From contig OY986948.1 in the NCBI GenBank assembly GCA_963920595.1, positions 3,348,001-3,412,000 on the forward strand: a stretch of DNA of 64,000 bases. Direction: 5' to 3'. Both the position numbers and the translations under genes were made by a program. Origin of the DNA: Eimeria praecox (taxonomy: Eukaryota). The notes beneath the pieces were generated by a model that saw nothing but the letters and a program-made list of their open reading frames with translations, ran no database searches and had not been told where the DNA came from. Positions 52,594 to 62,975 of the stretch are shown piece by piece. Each line of letters begins with the position of its first letter. The first letter of the stretch is position 1.

Positions 52594-54554
52594 TTCTGCG
52601 CCACGATAAAAACGCAGATGGGCGAGTGCACAGGCTTTGCATGTCTGTCTTCGTTATGATCTTTCAGGTGCACACAACAGACTGGCTGACGCAACAAACG
52701 CCCAGGTATCGTGCTGCCCAAATGCTGAGCGCTTCCTGCCAAGCCTCAAAATTTAGTTTCTGAGGCTTCCTATAGAAGACATCAAAGCTTTAGTGCCCAG
52801 AAGTTTCTCTCCTCCGTTGCTCCCATCCGACTTTCCACCGTGGCCCAGATCAGCTGCACACCCAGTGCTAACAGGAGAGATATTCGTGGGGATATGCCAG
52901 AACAAACAGGCATACACGGATAATTTGCAAGAGTAAAGGCAGTTGTTGAACCGTTGAAGGGGGAATTCTTCAAGGTGTGGTCGAGAATGATCCCACGGAC
53001 TTTTCCTGCACCCAGCACGTCCCATAGGCTACCGAAGCTTGCTATTGTGGGCTTATTGCCTCACACGACGTTTCTCTATACAATTGAATTTTCCTGCGGA
53101 AATTAAGTTTAAAAGAGAGACTGAGCCTCTTCCAAACATATTATTGTGCTCTGGGTGGACGGACCACTGGTCACCGGGTGCGCGGTCCTTGCGTGGCTTA
53201 CTTGTGTGACGGACTGAAAAGCCGGGCTAGTACAGTCCTTAGAATAAAACTTATTTTGAGCTTCTCCAAACAGGACGCCTGATGCCATGTGGAACGGTAA
53301 CTATCGCAACCTGCTATTTTCCCTCAATCAAGTAGCTGTGGATTTCAAGGAGAGCAGTGGCGGGCCCACTGGGGCAAATTGAGAACATATACGGGCGAAC
53401 CGTAAAAAGTAGGCAGAAAATGGTTCATCCAAGGCCCCTCCCCATCTCAACAGGTGCGCTGCGCTCAAACAGCCTGTACTGCGGATACGCGTCCAGGAGG
53501 TACTTTTGCCTTCACTCCTCAGGGGAGGCGCATACCAATGGCTACTTATAGTTCACTAAGCGATCCCACTGCAAGGAAGCCCCACCGCACAGGGGACAGC
53601 CGAGGGCCTTTTTCCATGATCTGTACAACAAAAGCAGCCTGCTACGCTAATAAAAGCAGCGCATATCTCAGTCGGGGTTTCTCAGAAAAAAGACGAGACA
53701 CGAAACTTGAGGTACTCAAGGCTCTCGCCTTTAAACCATACTATTCATTCACCGATGCTGCCCGGCGCTACTTCACGCAGGCAGTTTGGGGATCCCTTTT
53801 TTCGAGGACGAGCTCTCCCCCGACCTAAGGCTGCAAAGTGATAATGCGCACAATAAAATGAACCTGATATTTAATGTTCGTATAGCTGCATGGTGCGAAG
53901 GACCGACCGGGCCCGTTCGACATGCTGTATTGTGAACAGGAAGCAGCCGAAACGCTGCGTGACTAATATAAATGGCTTCCGCACGAGAAAACCCGAAGAA
54001 TGGAATACACACTACGGCATGCGGCTAGAGGCAGCCACGAAGATAATGGGCAGAAGCCAACGAATCTTATGGCCTACAGGAGGTAACGGCGGCCTCCAAC
54101 ACCGCTAATATGATCACAAATAGGCGAGGCTTACAAAGTGCAGATATGCGGAAGCGCGGAAAGGAAATGCATGCAAATATATGGCGCATAACAGAGGGCT
54201 GGGCCCATTCCGAGAAGGTCCCAACCAGAGGCTCAACAGGCCAGCTGCCAGCATTGCACAACAACGATATGCTTTACTGCATGGAACACAACATCGCCAC
54301 TGCACAGCGCGTATTGAATTGCCTTCGATTACACGGCAAACAACAGCTGCAGGCTTTGCGCGGTCAGCACCAAATAAACAGGTCCTCTGTCTTCAGGTCC
54401 TTTGAACATGAATCCGTTTCGGTGCGGAGGAGGCTCCTTTCCACATTGTACAGTGTTTCCGCGCTGGAGTTTGGGGCTGGACTCTCGTATACGGACGCAG
54501 TGCGCACGTGCTAGGTACTGCGAGCGGAGCTTCCTGCCTCATCATCACTTAACT

Positions 54555-56987
54555 TCACTGCACAGTAACTTGCTGTGCTCCCATGGCCTCCTCACGAGGC
54601 GAGACTGTGCGTTTTCCGCGTCTCGAGTTGCCATTGGTCGTTGATGCGCGGTGGGTTTCAGCCCACTCCTCATAGTCCTGAGGAACGGATTTGCCTGTTG
54701 CCAGCATGTGGTCCTTATATAGGGTCCACCCACCGTCTTCCGCGAGTACAGAAACAAGAGGGCCCGGGTGCTGACGGCGCCATGCAAGCCAAGCAATGGT
54801 TGGCTGTCGGGCTTGAATGTACTCTGCATATGTCTCAGGAATAGCTTTCTGACCACCGAATGCAGCACGGTAGAGCCGCCAGCCCAATGAGTCACGAAGA
54901 ATTGTGTAACGGGGACCCGGATGGAGCCTCTTCCACGCTAGCCACTCCCGCAATGCCTTTTTACGGGCCTCTACAGAATTCTGCCAGTCCTCGAACTGCT
55001 CGCATGGGGATCCGCCGACTGCCTGTTTCATTGCACTATAAAGTTTCCACCCCTCCGGATCCTGCAGCACTTCAAGCATCGGGCCTCTGTTTCTCTTACG
55101 CCACAATGCCCAGTTCATCGTCGCCTCCTGGCGCCTCCGCTGTGGCGAATCCACCCACTCTTCATAGGACACCGGCACATGGGAGCCTGATGACTGCAAC
55201 TTCTTCACATACAGCTCCCAGCCTTCTGGATCCTTGAGCACTTCTGCTAAGGGTCCTGGATGACGCAGCCTCCACAGCCTCCACGAGTTGGCCTGGCTAC
55301 TGCGCAACCTAGAGCTGGGCGTGCGCAGCCATTCCTCGTAGGTAGCAGGAAACGGCTCACCACGAACTTCAGCCAAAGCCTGTCTAAGTGCAAACACCTC
55401 AACCCGGCGAGGCGCACCCCAACGAGACGATGGTCGCCAGGCACCCTGAGCCGCAGCCAGCGACTCAGCCGCTTCCGGCTCCCACTCTTTGAATGTTGAT
55501 GGAAGACGGGTTCCTATGGCCTCTACAAAAGCCCGGAAGAGCTTCCATCCCTCCTCCTCTGAGCTTAGCAACTGCATAAGCGGCTGCTCTGACCGCTGCT
55601 CCCTCCACTGGACCCATTCTGTTGCTGCAACGATTACACGCTGCTCCGGCATATGCAGCCATTCCGCGTATGTTGCGGGTATCTGCACTCCTCTGGCGTG
55701 CATGAGGGCGGAGTAGAGCTTCCACCCTTCAGGATCCTTTAGCACGTTCACGGGGTTGCCGTGGTGATCCTCACGCCACGCCGCCCATGCCTTCGATGCA
55801 GCCTCCAAAGCTCTGAATCCTTCATAAGTTTCGGGAAGGGGGCGTCTAGGCTTGCTCATGGCGGCTCTGTATAGTTCCCAACCCTGGGGATTCTGTAAGA
55901 GTTCGTTTAGGTCCGTGGAATTCTGCTCCCCAAGCCAAGAGAGCCACGCATCCATTGCCACACTTTGCTGCTTACTTTTCTGTGGGCCGTTGCCTGCCAT
56001 CCTGTTCCTATTATTAGCCATATTAGTGCCTCTTTTCGACTCCGACTCGCTGCTGCCGGATACCTGTTTGTCCTTTTTACCCACTTTACGCTGCTGTCGC
56101 GGAAGCTGCAGCCATTCTTCGTAGCTCGCTGGCAGTTCCTCCTTACCGCCCTTCTTCTGCTGCTGCTGCTCGAGGTCACTTCTGTACAACCGCCAGCCAC
56201 AGGGGTCTGCCAGCACGCGAACTAAAGGACCAGGGTGCTCGCGGCGCCATGCTTGCCATGATGCGTTTGTTCTTCTTTCCTTCCATTCCTCGTATGTTGG
56301 GTCAGCTTGCTTTCCCGATGACTCCAGCATGTGCCTGTACAGCTGATAGCCCTCAGGGTCTGCTAATACTTTCCGCAGAGCACCAGGGTGTGCCCTTCTC
56401 CATGTTGTCCAGGCTTCCATCGCCATCGCTTTGATAGTGCTGGGATCTCGGCACCATTCCTCATGCGTCTCTGGCAACTTGGCATCTTGTGATGCGCGTT
56501 TAGCTTTGTATAGGGCCCACCCCTCTGGATCTGCAAGCACTTCCGTAAGGGGGCCCGGATGCTGGCGCCGCCATTGCACCCAAGCTTCATATGCCATGCT
56601 CCTTCTTTGGTCCTGCTGCTGCAGCCACTCATTGTACGTTGGAGGCACATTAACACCCTTCTCTTGTTTCATCGCGTAGAAAAGCGCCCAGCCCTCGGGA
56701 TCCGCTAGAACTTCCCGCAGTGGTTTTGGATGGGCTCGTTTCCATTCAACCCAACGCTGAGTACATTTGGTCATCTCAAGCCATTCTTCGTAGCTATTTA
56801 CGTGGGCTTTTGCAGTACCGTTGTGCTGCAGCATATCCTTGTACAAACGCCACGCTCCAGGGTTTTTCAGTGCCTCCTCCAGCGGCATTCGATGCTTCGA
56901 GCGCCACGCACGCCATGCGCGCAGTGTGGCCAATGCCTGCTCGGACTTTCGTGGCCTAGGTTCTGCCATCCTTGCGTCCCCGTCCAT
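54555..56987 (-). CDS. Intronless ~810-aa protein composed of 13 Trp-rich ~50-55-aa repeats
   Basis: 886-codon open frame with first ATG at 56987 (MDGDARMAEP). Repeat consensus is approximately AWxxWRxxHPGPLxEVLxDPEGWxLYxxxxxxxGxxxPxTYEEW. Confidence 0.9.
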   Translation of the reverse strand: MDGDARMAEPRPRKSEQALATLRAWRAWRSKHRMPLEEALKNPGAWRLYKDMLQHNGTAKAHVNSYEEWLEMTKCTQRWVEWKRAHPKPLREVLADPEGWALFYAMKQEKGVNVPPTYNEWLQQQDQRRSMAYEAWVQWRRQHPGPLTEVLADPEGWALYKAKRASQDAKLPETHEEWCRDPSTIKAMAMEAWTTWRRAHPGALRKVLADPEGYQLYRHMLESSGKQADPTYEEWKERRTNASWQAWRREHPGPLVRVLADPCGWRLYRSDLEQQQQKKGGKEELPASYEEWLQLPRQQRKVGKKDKQVSGSSESESKRGTNMANNRNRMAGNGPQKSKQQSVAMDAWLSWLGEQNSTDLNELLQNPQGWELYRAAMSKPRRPLPETYEGFRALEAASKAWAAWREDHHGNPVNVLKDPEGWKLYSALMHARGVQIPATYAEWLHMPEQRVIVAATEWVQWREQRSEQPLMQLLSSEEEGWKLFRAFVEAIGTRLPSTFKEWEPEAAESLAAAQGAWRPSSRWGAPRRVEVFALRQALAEVRGEPFPATYEEWLRTPSSRLRSSQANSWRLWRLRHPGPLAEVLKDPEGWELYVKKLQSSGSHVPVSYEEWVDSPQRRRQEATMNWALWRKRNRGPMLEVLQDPEGWKLYSAMKQAVGGSPCEQFEDWQNSVEARKKALREWLAWKRLHPGPRYTILRDSLGWRLYRAAFGGQKAIPETYAEYIQARQPTIAWLAWRRQHPGPLVSVLAEDGGWTLYKDHMLATGKSVPQDYEEWAETHRASTTNGNSRRGKRTVSPREEAMGAQQVTVQ

Positions 56988-58036
56988 TCCGGTCGGTTGG
57001 GTTCTGTTTGTATTTGATGTATCGCCTGAAGGGCACTTGCCTGGGTGTATATACAGCAGGCGAAAGCCGCAAAAGACCCCGCAGCAGTGCCGAGGCTTCG
57101 AAAGCAGAAAGAGAAGCAACCGTAAGCGCCTCCACCGGTGCAGGCTGTGTCCTGATCCGAATGACTGCCAGCACTGGCTGCCACACCCGCGTGAACGGCT
57201 GGGTGAAGACGGCACTCAAGAGAAGCCCCGGATTCCTCTTAATCGTCTTAAATTAGAGGCAGCTACCTCGGGTCGCCTGAAAACGCACTTTATAACCGAA
57301 GAATCACCCAAGAAGCCTGCGCGGTTGTAGCGAGTGCGCAGCATCCGGCCAGTGGCCGGGGTAGTGGAAGCAGCGAAACGAAGTAAACGGACCTAATAAA
57401 TTGGCTGTAGAATGGAACACACTGTAAATCCACAATACTCTTCCCTAAAAAAGAGTCATATAAGCTCTGACGGCCACCAGACACCTCAGCCAGGTAGCCG
57501 ACAAAGATGCAATCAGTGGCCACGCTACGCTGAGCGAAGCACTGAGGTTGGAAATGGAGAGTCCCAACTCCAACAAGACTAAAATGTTTGCTTAGTTCAT
57601 AAACACAAATATTTGGATGACCTCGTGTCAATCACCTGACACTCTATGCCTGCTCACGGCTGCTGCGTTTGTCAGCTGGAACTGACACGCGGCCCTCGTC
57701 CGCGGGACGGTGGCAGTGGCCCCGCCTGCAGCAACAGCAGCCAGCAGCATGCAACAATTGTGAAGACGAGCATCACCTTCTATTGTACGATTTAATGGAT
57801 TTATTGAGTAAACAGTATTAAATTGACCTCCTCATCGGTGGAAACCTATAATCTTCACAGAATCAACACGTGGCCGTTTGTTTGTTTGCATACCGGTGGG
57901 GCGTTAGAGCTGCCCGGCTATGGACGCACAGAGGCCTATCCCGATATTGGTCTTGGCTATTTTATCCCTTGGCACTTAAGATCCACACAACACTACTCTC
58001 TGCGTACACCTAAAGCACAGAGGGGCAACGAAGCAA

Positions 58037-58694
58037 CGAAGATGGCTGCGTCTGTCTACGGAGGCTAGCCGTGCAACTCCTTCATTGTAACGAGGGTCGT
58101 TGACCTTAGGCGTGGACGCTCACGAGCTACAACAGGGCTAAAGATTGAAGAACCGCGCTCGCAAAAGACAGCTGCTCTCCCCTTCAGACTCCAGGCCTCC
58201 TGGACCCAGCTGTCAGAGGATCTGGGTGGATGGCGACAGGCGCCGGCCTGCTATGGGCTGCAACTCACCTTGCTTTAGCTGGTGCTGTAAAGCAAACCCA
58301 TGTGGACGCGCAAGCAGTGCCTCCTTGCTGTATGCGCTAGCATTGTAGACTGTAGTGTAGAGTGTTTTCAACCCCTACTTGATCCTCTGTAGTGACCCTG
58401 CGAGCAAGAAGCGATGCGACCACTAGCATGATGCAGAACATGCTACGCAGAGGAGGACTTTTCCACGAAATATGGGGGAATAAGTGCTATTGGCGGGAAC
58501 GCTGGGCAAAGTGTATATAGAGGGAATGTCTTAATCAAGGAGGAGTCATTACAAAAGGACAGTACATAGGGGTAAATATGAGCATAATTTCATACTCTAC
58601 TCTGCAGAAGCCCCCGAAAAGTGAATTAAGACACATTTAAGCAGCTATACGCATGCCCACTGTAGCAATATCTTGCGTGGGCATGCAGCAATAG
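58037..58694. repeat. Left arm of a 658-bp inverted repeat (LTR-derived)
   Basis: Reverse complement of 60775-61432 with about 20 mismatches counted by eye. Mirror ORFs at 58145+ and 61324-. Shares motifs with the LTR-like segments at 15860-16160 and 29740-30060. Confidence 0.95.
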
Positions 58695-58719
58695 TTGTTT
58701 AATGGAGGAGGGGCGATAT

Positions 58720-59801
58720 ACGATCTTGAGAAATTTCTGCACGCAATCGAACCTCAGAAACCCCCTCAGGCTGCCTGTCCCCGGGCCATTTAACACAAAA
58801 TTTACCTTTGCTCTAACACCTGCAAGAGGACACATGTGCGTTCAGGATCTCGGCGTCCTTTTGTTGTTCCCTCTCTCTCTAACGCGTCTAAGGGCTTGTG
58901 CTGAAAGTTCGGGGAATTTGAGGAACTCCCTGAATCTTTTGAGCAAAACCGCATTGACACTATTGTGTCATCTTCATGTTTGTGGTAAGTCCACCATCTA
59001 GGCCGCCACGTTGAACGGGGAACGAATATAGATATATACATAGAAGAGCAGTACTGATGGCGTGGCGAACTTCTTCAGCTGGTCGTACTCCGTTGCGTTT
59101 CAAAGGGAGCGCGAATCCACTAGAACCAAGTCCCTTGGCTTGGGGCTTATTGCTGAGTATCGTTTGCCGTAGTTTATGACCTGACGCTTTTGAGCATTCT
59201 TCATGCATTCCCGCTCGACTTCACGGCGTCTATGAATGTCAGCGGCTGCGGAGTTCCGCGCTGGCTTTTGATATCTAGCTCGAATTTTGGGTCAGGCGAT
59301 GGCTTTTCAGTGTAGAACTGGGATGGCAAATAGCAATGAGCCCAAGAGTACACAGTTTAGCTGTAAACACATTCTGCACAGGGCACTGTCATGGACTTTG
59401 TTGGCTAGAGAGTCGCAAATGGTGCACAACGTTGCTTCCTGAAGATTCGCTGAGGTCACGTTTCAATCTATACTAAACCGCTTCATGGATCAACCTGACA
59501 AAACGCTGAAGAACTTCGTGTCGTCATCAACAATGGTAATTTTGGGATAACCAGAGTGCCTCCAGGCGCGATCAAGCAATAGTTGGGTCACTTCACCTGC
59601 TGTAACTGAAGTCAAACAGTGAATGGGCCCAATTGCTGAGTCTGTCGCAACAACGTGCATGGTATTGCAGTCTCCAACTGCTGGTAAACGCACTGTGAAA
59701 TCCATCGAGATGCCCGTCCAGGCCTGATTTGTGACCGAAGGATTCCGTACATGCCCAGGTTGAAGAGTGTTCGGTGGCTCCTGCTGCTGAAGGGAACGCA
59801 C
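58720..59801 (-). mobile_element. Ty3/gypsy integrase relic with C-terminal SH3-like and chromodomain remnants
   Basis: rve core WTGISMDFTVRLP...VVATD...TAGEVTQLLLDRAWRHSGYPKITIVDDDTKFFS, then MKNAQKRQVINYGKR...KPRDLVLVD, MVDLPQT*R*HNSVNAVLLKRF and AEILNAH...KGKFCVKWPG (chromodomain-like). Confidence 0.8.
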
Positions 59802-59879
59802 GGGGAAGGCTGCTACGTTTAACCCAAAGTTTTAGCTACCCCAGAACACATCTGGACAAGGAAAGCCTTCTGGAATGCT

Positions 59880-60620
59880 GTATGGTGCATGTTTATTCCC
59901 AGGACTGCAAGGGGACAGACTACGGCAGAACTGAGAAAACTTAAGCAAGGGAAGCTTCCTATACAACACTGCACGGAACTGTCATTTGGTGGTGAACCGA
60001 AGTCCAGTGGTGGGCAGCGAGCTCGTATACAATTGGTTCATGCCAGGGCAATCCCTTGGAAAGAGGCAGTTGGCAACCGACCGGGCCACGCATAGGGAGC
60101 TAATGGGCAAGATAGTTAAAATTACCGAGATGATGGAGTGCTTTGGCATAAAAGGAAGAAAAAATGCCACTTTCGCAGCCCTAGCTGAACAGAAAGGAAG
60201 GGGGACTGGAAACGACCCAGATATGAAGCCTATGAATATGGGGGCTGTCGATGCCAGACTAACGCAAAAGCGGATTAGAAGCGGTAACCGGAATCATCTA
60301 CAGAATTCGGCAACCGAAAATCCAGGATGGCGTGTCGAGAAGCGCTTTTTCAAACCCGCTTTCTTCCTCTTCAGCTAGGGCTGTCGAACTGGCAGGACTC
60401 CAACCAGAGCAGCCGGCGGAACAAACAAAACGATCACTGAAACTCTCAGGCCCCCACGCAAGGCGCAGCGTATTGGTTGGGCCAAAACAGGTGATAGCCG
60501 CACCGGTAGGCCCTCCTTCATGTACCTCAATCCCTATTGAGGTTTATATTAATGGTCAGCAATTGCTAGTGTTCCTAAACACAGCGTGAGTAGCGCATTT
60601 GCCCTGACCCTCGGGGTACG
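59880..60620 (+). mobile_element. Ty3/gypsy gag-protease relic
   Basis: TAELRKLKQGKLPIQ, VVNRSP...YNWF, DPDMKPMNMGAVDAR and IPIEVYINGQQLLVFLNTA are colinear with the 28.5-29.2 kb and 14.6-15.3 kb copies. Confidence 0.8.
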
Positions 60621-60774
60621 GCGAAGAGGTGAAGCTTACCAGCTCATTGGTTGAGGCTGTTCCTGCGACTACGCTTTGCCGATGACAGGTAGGAAGCTAG
60701 AATCGGTAGAACAGTGGGTATAGCGCTGTACCTCCAGAGCTACATTCCTGTTCCTGAGACAATTAGGTACACAC

Positions 60775-61432
60775 CTATTGCTGCATGCCCATGCAAGATA
60801 TTGCTACCGTGGGCATGCGTAGAGCTGCTTAAATGTGTCTTAATTCACTTTTCGGGGGCTTCTGCAGAGTAGAGTATGAAATTATGCTCATATTTACCCC
60901 TATGTACTGTCCTCTTGTAATGACTCCTCCTTGATTAAGACATTCCCTCTATATACACTTTGCCCAGCGTCCCCGCCAATAGCACTTATTCCCCCATATT
61001 TCGTGGAAAAGTCCTCCTCTGCGTAGCATGTTCTGCATCATGCTAGTGGTCGTATCGCTTCTTGCTCGCAGGGTCACTACAGAGGATCAAGTAGGGGTTG
61101 AAAACACTCTACACTACAGTCTACAATGCTAGCGCATACAGCAAGGACGCATTGCTTGCGCGTCCACATGGGTTTGCTTTACAGCACCAGCTAAAGCAAG
61201 GTGAGTTGCAGCCCGTAGCAGGCCCGCGCCTGTCGCCATCCACCCAGATCCTTTGACAGCTGGGTCCAGGAGGCCTGGAGTCTGAAGGGGAGAGCAGCTG
61301 TCTTTTGCGAGCGCGGTTCTTCAATCTTTAGCCCTGTTGTAGCTCGTGAGCGTCCATGCCTAAGGCCGAGGACCCTCGTTACAATGAGGGAGTTGCGCGG
61401 CTAACCTCCGTAGACAGACGCAGCAACCTTCG
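60775..61432. repeat. Right arm of the 658-bp inverted repeat (LTR-derived)
   Basis: Reverse complement of 58037-58694. Contains candidate LTR termini TGTAATGA (60916) and CTCGTTACA (61375-61383). Confidence 0.95.
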
Positions 61433-61792
61433 GGAAGATCACCTCATGTGGTTTCCTCGCAGAGGTACGTGGTGTTTTAACGCGGAAAATACACATAATA
61501 TATTATTTTAAATACATTAATCTTAACGGAACGGGTAATCAGGTGCAACCAGAGAAGAAGACTGTGCGTATATGAAGCAAGGTGAACCCCGCTTGGAACC
61601 CCTCCAAGACTCACCTTCTGCAGTGCTCGCGATCCCCCAACGGTGTGGGTGCAGCGGGTGTACCCCTGAGATGTAGCACAGTACGCATTCAAACAAAACC
61701 GCCAAAATAACGATTTCTATTCGTTTAGCATTTGCGTGTGAGACCCCAGTTCAGCACCCCTTGCTTCTGGAGCACGTTACCGGGCATTGAAG

Positions 61793-62975
61793 ATGCCGCT
61801 TACTTTGGGAGACACGTTCCCTAACTTCGACGCCGAGGCGTTGGGTGTTGAAAAGTTCAATCTCTACGAGTATTTGGGTGATAGCTGGGGCATTATGTTC
61901 AGGTAACACAACCACAATTAGACCCCTCACCCTTGGAAGTGTGTAGCGTGCCGGTGTGCGATACGCAGCACCTCATATGCCGGCTGGAGGGGCGGTTAGA
62001 GCTGTATAATCCAGTTTTGACTACAGTAAGGCGTCAATTGAGGTGTAGAGATGGGGAATTTGTGCCAGGGCGTGCCTGCAGCCATCCCAATGACTTCACG
62101 CCCGTCTGCACAACGGAGCTTGCAGAGGCCGTCAAGCTCTACAAAAAGTTCATGGAGAAGAACTGCAAGCTTGTCGGTTTCTCGTGTAATGATATGAACA
62201 GCCATAAGGTGAGTGGGAGGGGAGGCCTTCAAGCAAATATACCCGGGGTTGCATCCACTTCCAGTAGTGCACACCGTCCTCAACCCAAGTAGTAGGATGC
62301 AGTGTAACAGGCGGAAGCGCAGTTTGCCCCTTTCTGGGCTTGTATCGTCATAGTTGAGTGTCACAGAGACATTCTCGGTGTCCTTGACTAGTGCGCAGGA
62401 GGCCTGAAATGCACATATTGCGTCTTCAACGCGCATATATGCTCAGGAATGGGCTAAGGACATCATGTCGTACGGGGGAGCTTGTGGAGATTTGCCATAT
62501 CCGCTCGTTTGTGATCCCGAGCGCAATCTGGCAGCGTCTTTGGGCATTATGGACCCCGCAGAAAAAGACAAGGCAGGGTTGCCTTTGACTTGCCGCTCCG
62601 TGTTCTTCATCAGCCCGCAGAAGAAGCTTGCAGCATCCATCCTCTACCCGGCAACTACTGGCAGGAGCTTCAAAGAGATCCTCAGAGTCCTTGATTCTCT
62701 GCAGGTACGCACGATGACGAAGCGCCATTTCTCATGCTCTCAGCTGTGAATACTGCTGGATTGTTTAAACTGCTTGTTGTTTTGTGGTGTGCACGCAGCT
62801 CACCGAGCAGCATCCCGTGGCAACGCCAGTGGAGTGGACTTCTGGAGGGACCTGCTGCGTCGTGCCGAGCCTGTCAGAGGAGGAGGCGAAGAGCAAACTC
62901 CCGAAGGGCCACCAAGTGCAAAGCCTGCCATCGGGCAAAGCTTACCTGAGGCTTACGCCAGACCCTAGGAGTTAG
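61793..62975 (+). CDS. 1-Cys peroxiredoxin (Prx6 family); 4 exons (61793-61902, 62082-62208, 62447-62704, 62799-62975)
   Basis: [12 protein letters not shown]...[22 protein letters not shown] (PVCTTE active site), YPATTGR, VATPVEW and [11 protein letters not shown]. In-phase GT-AG introns. Confidence 0.95.

Noticed and set aside
56988..57215. 76-aa N-terminal extension of the repeat protein with a hydrophobic patch, suggesting a signal peptide
   Set aside because: It depends on a GTG start in a eukaryote. The first ATG is at 56987, so this is treated as 5' UTR unless an upstream exon is shown.
58145..58348. Duplicated 67-aa ORF (also 61121-61324, minus)
   Set aside because: TTG start, no motif, and it lies within the LTR-derived inverted arms.
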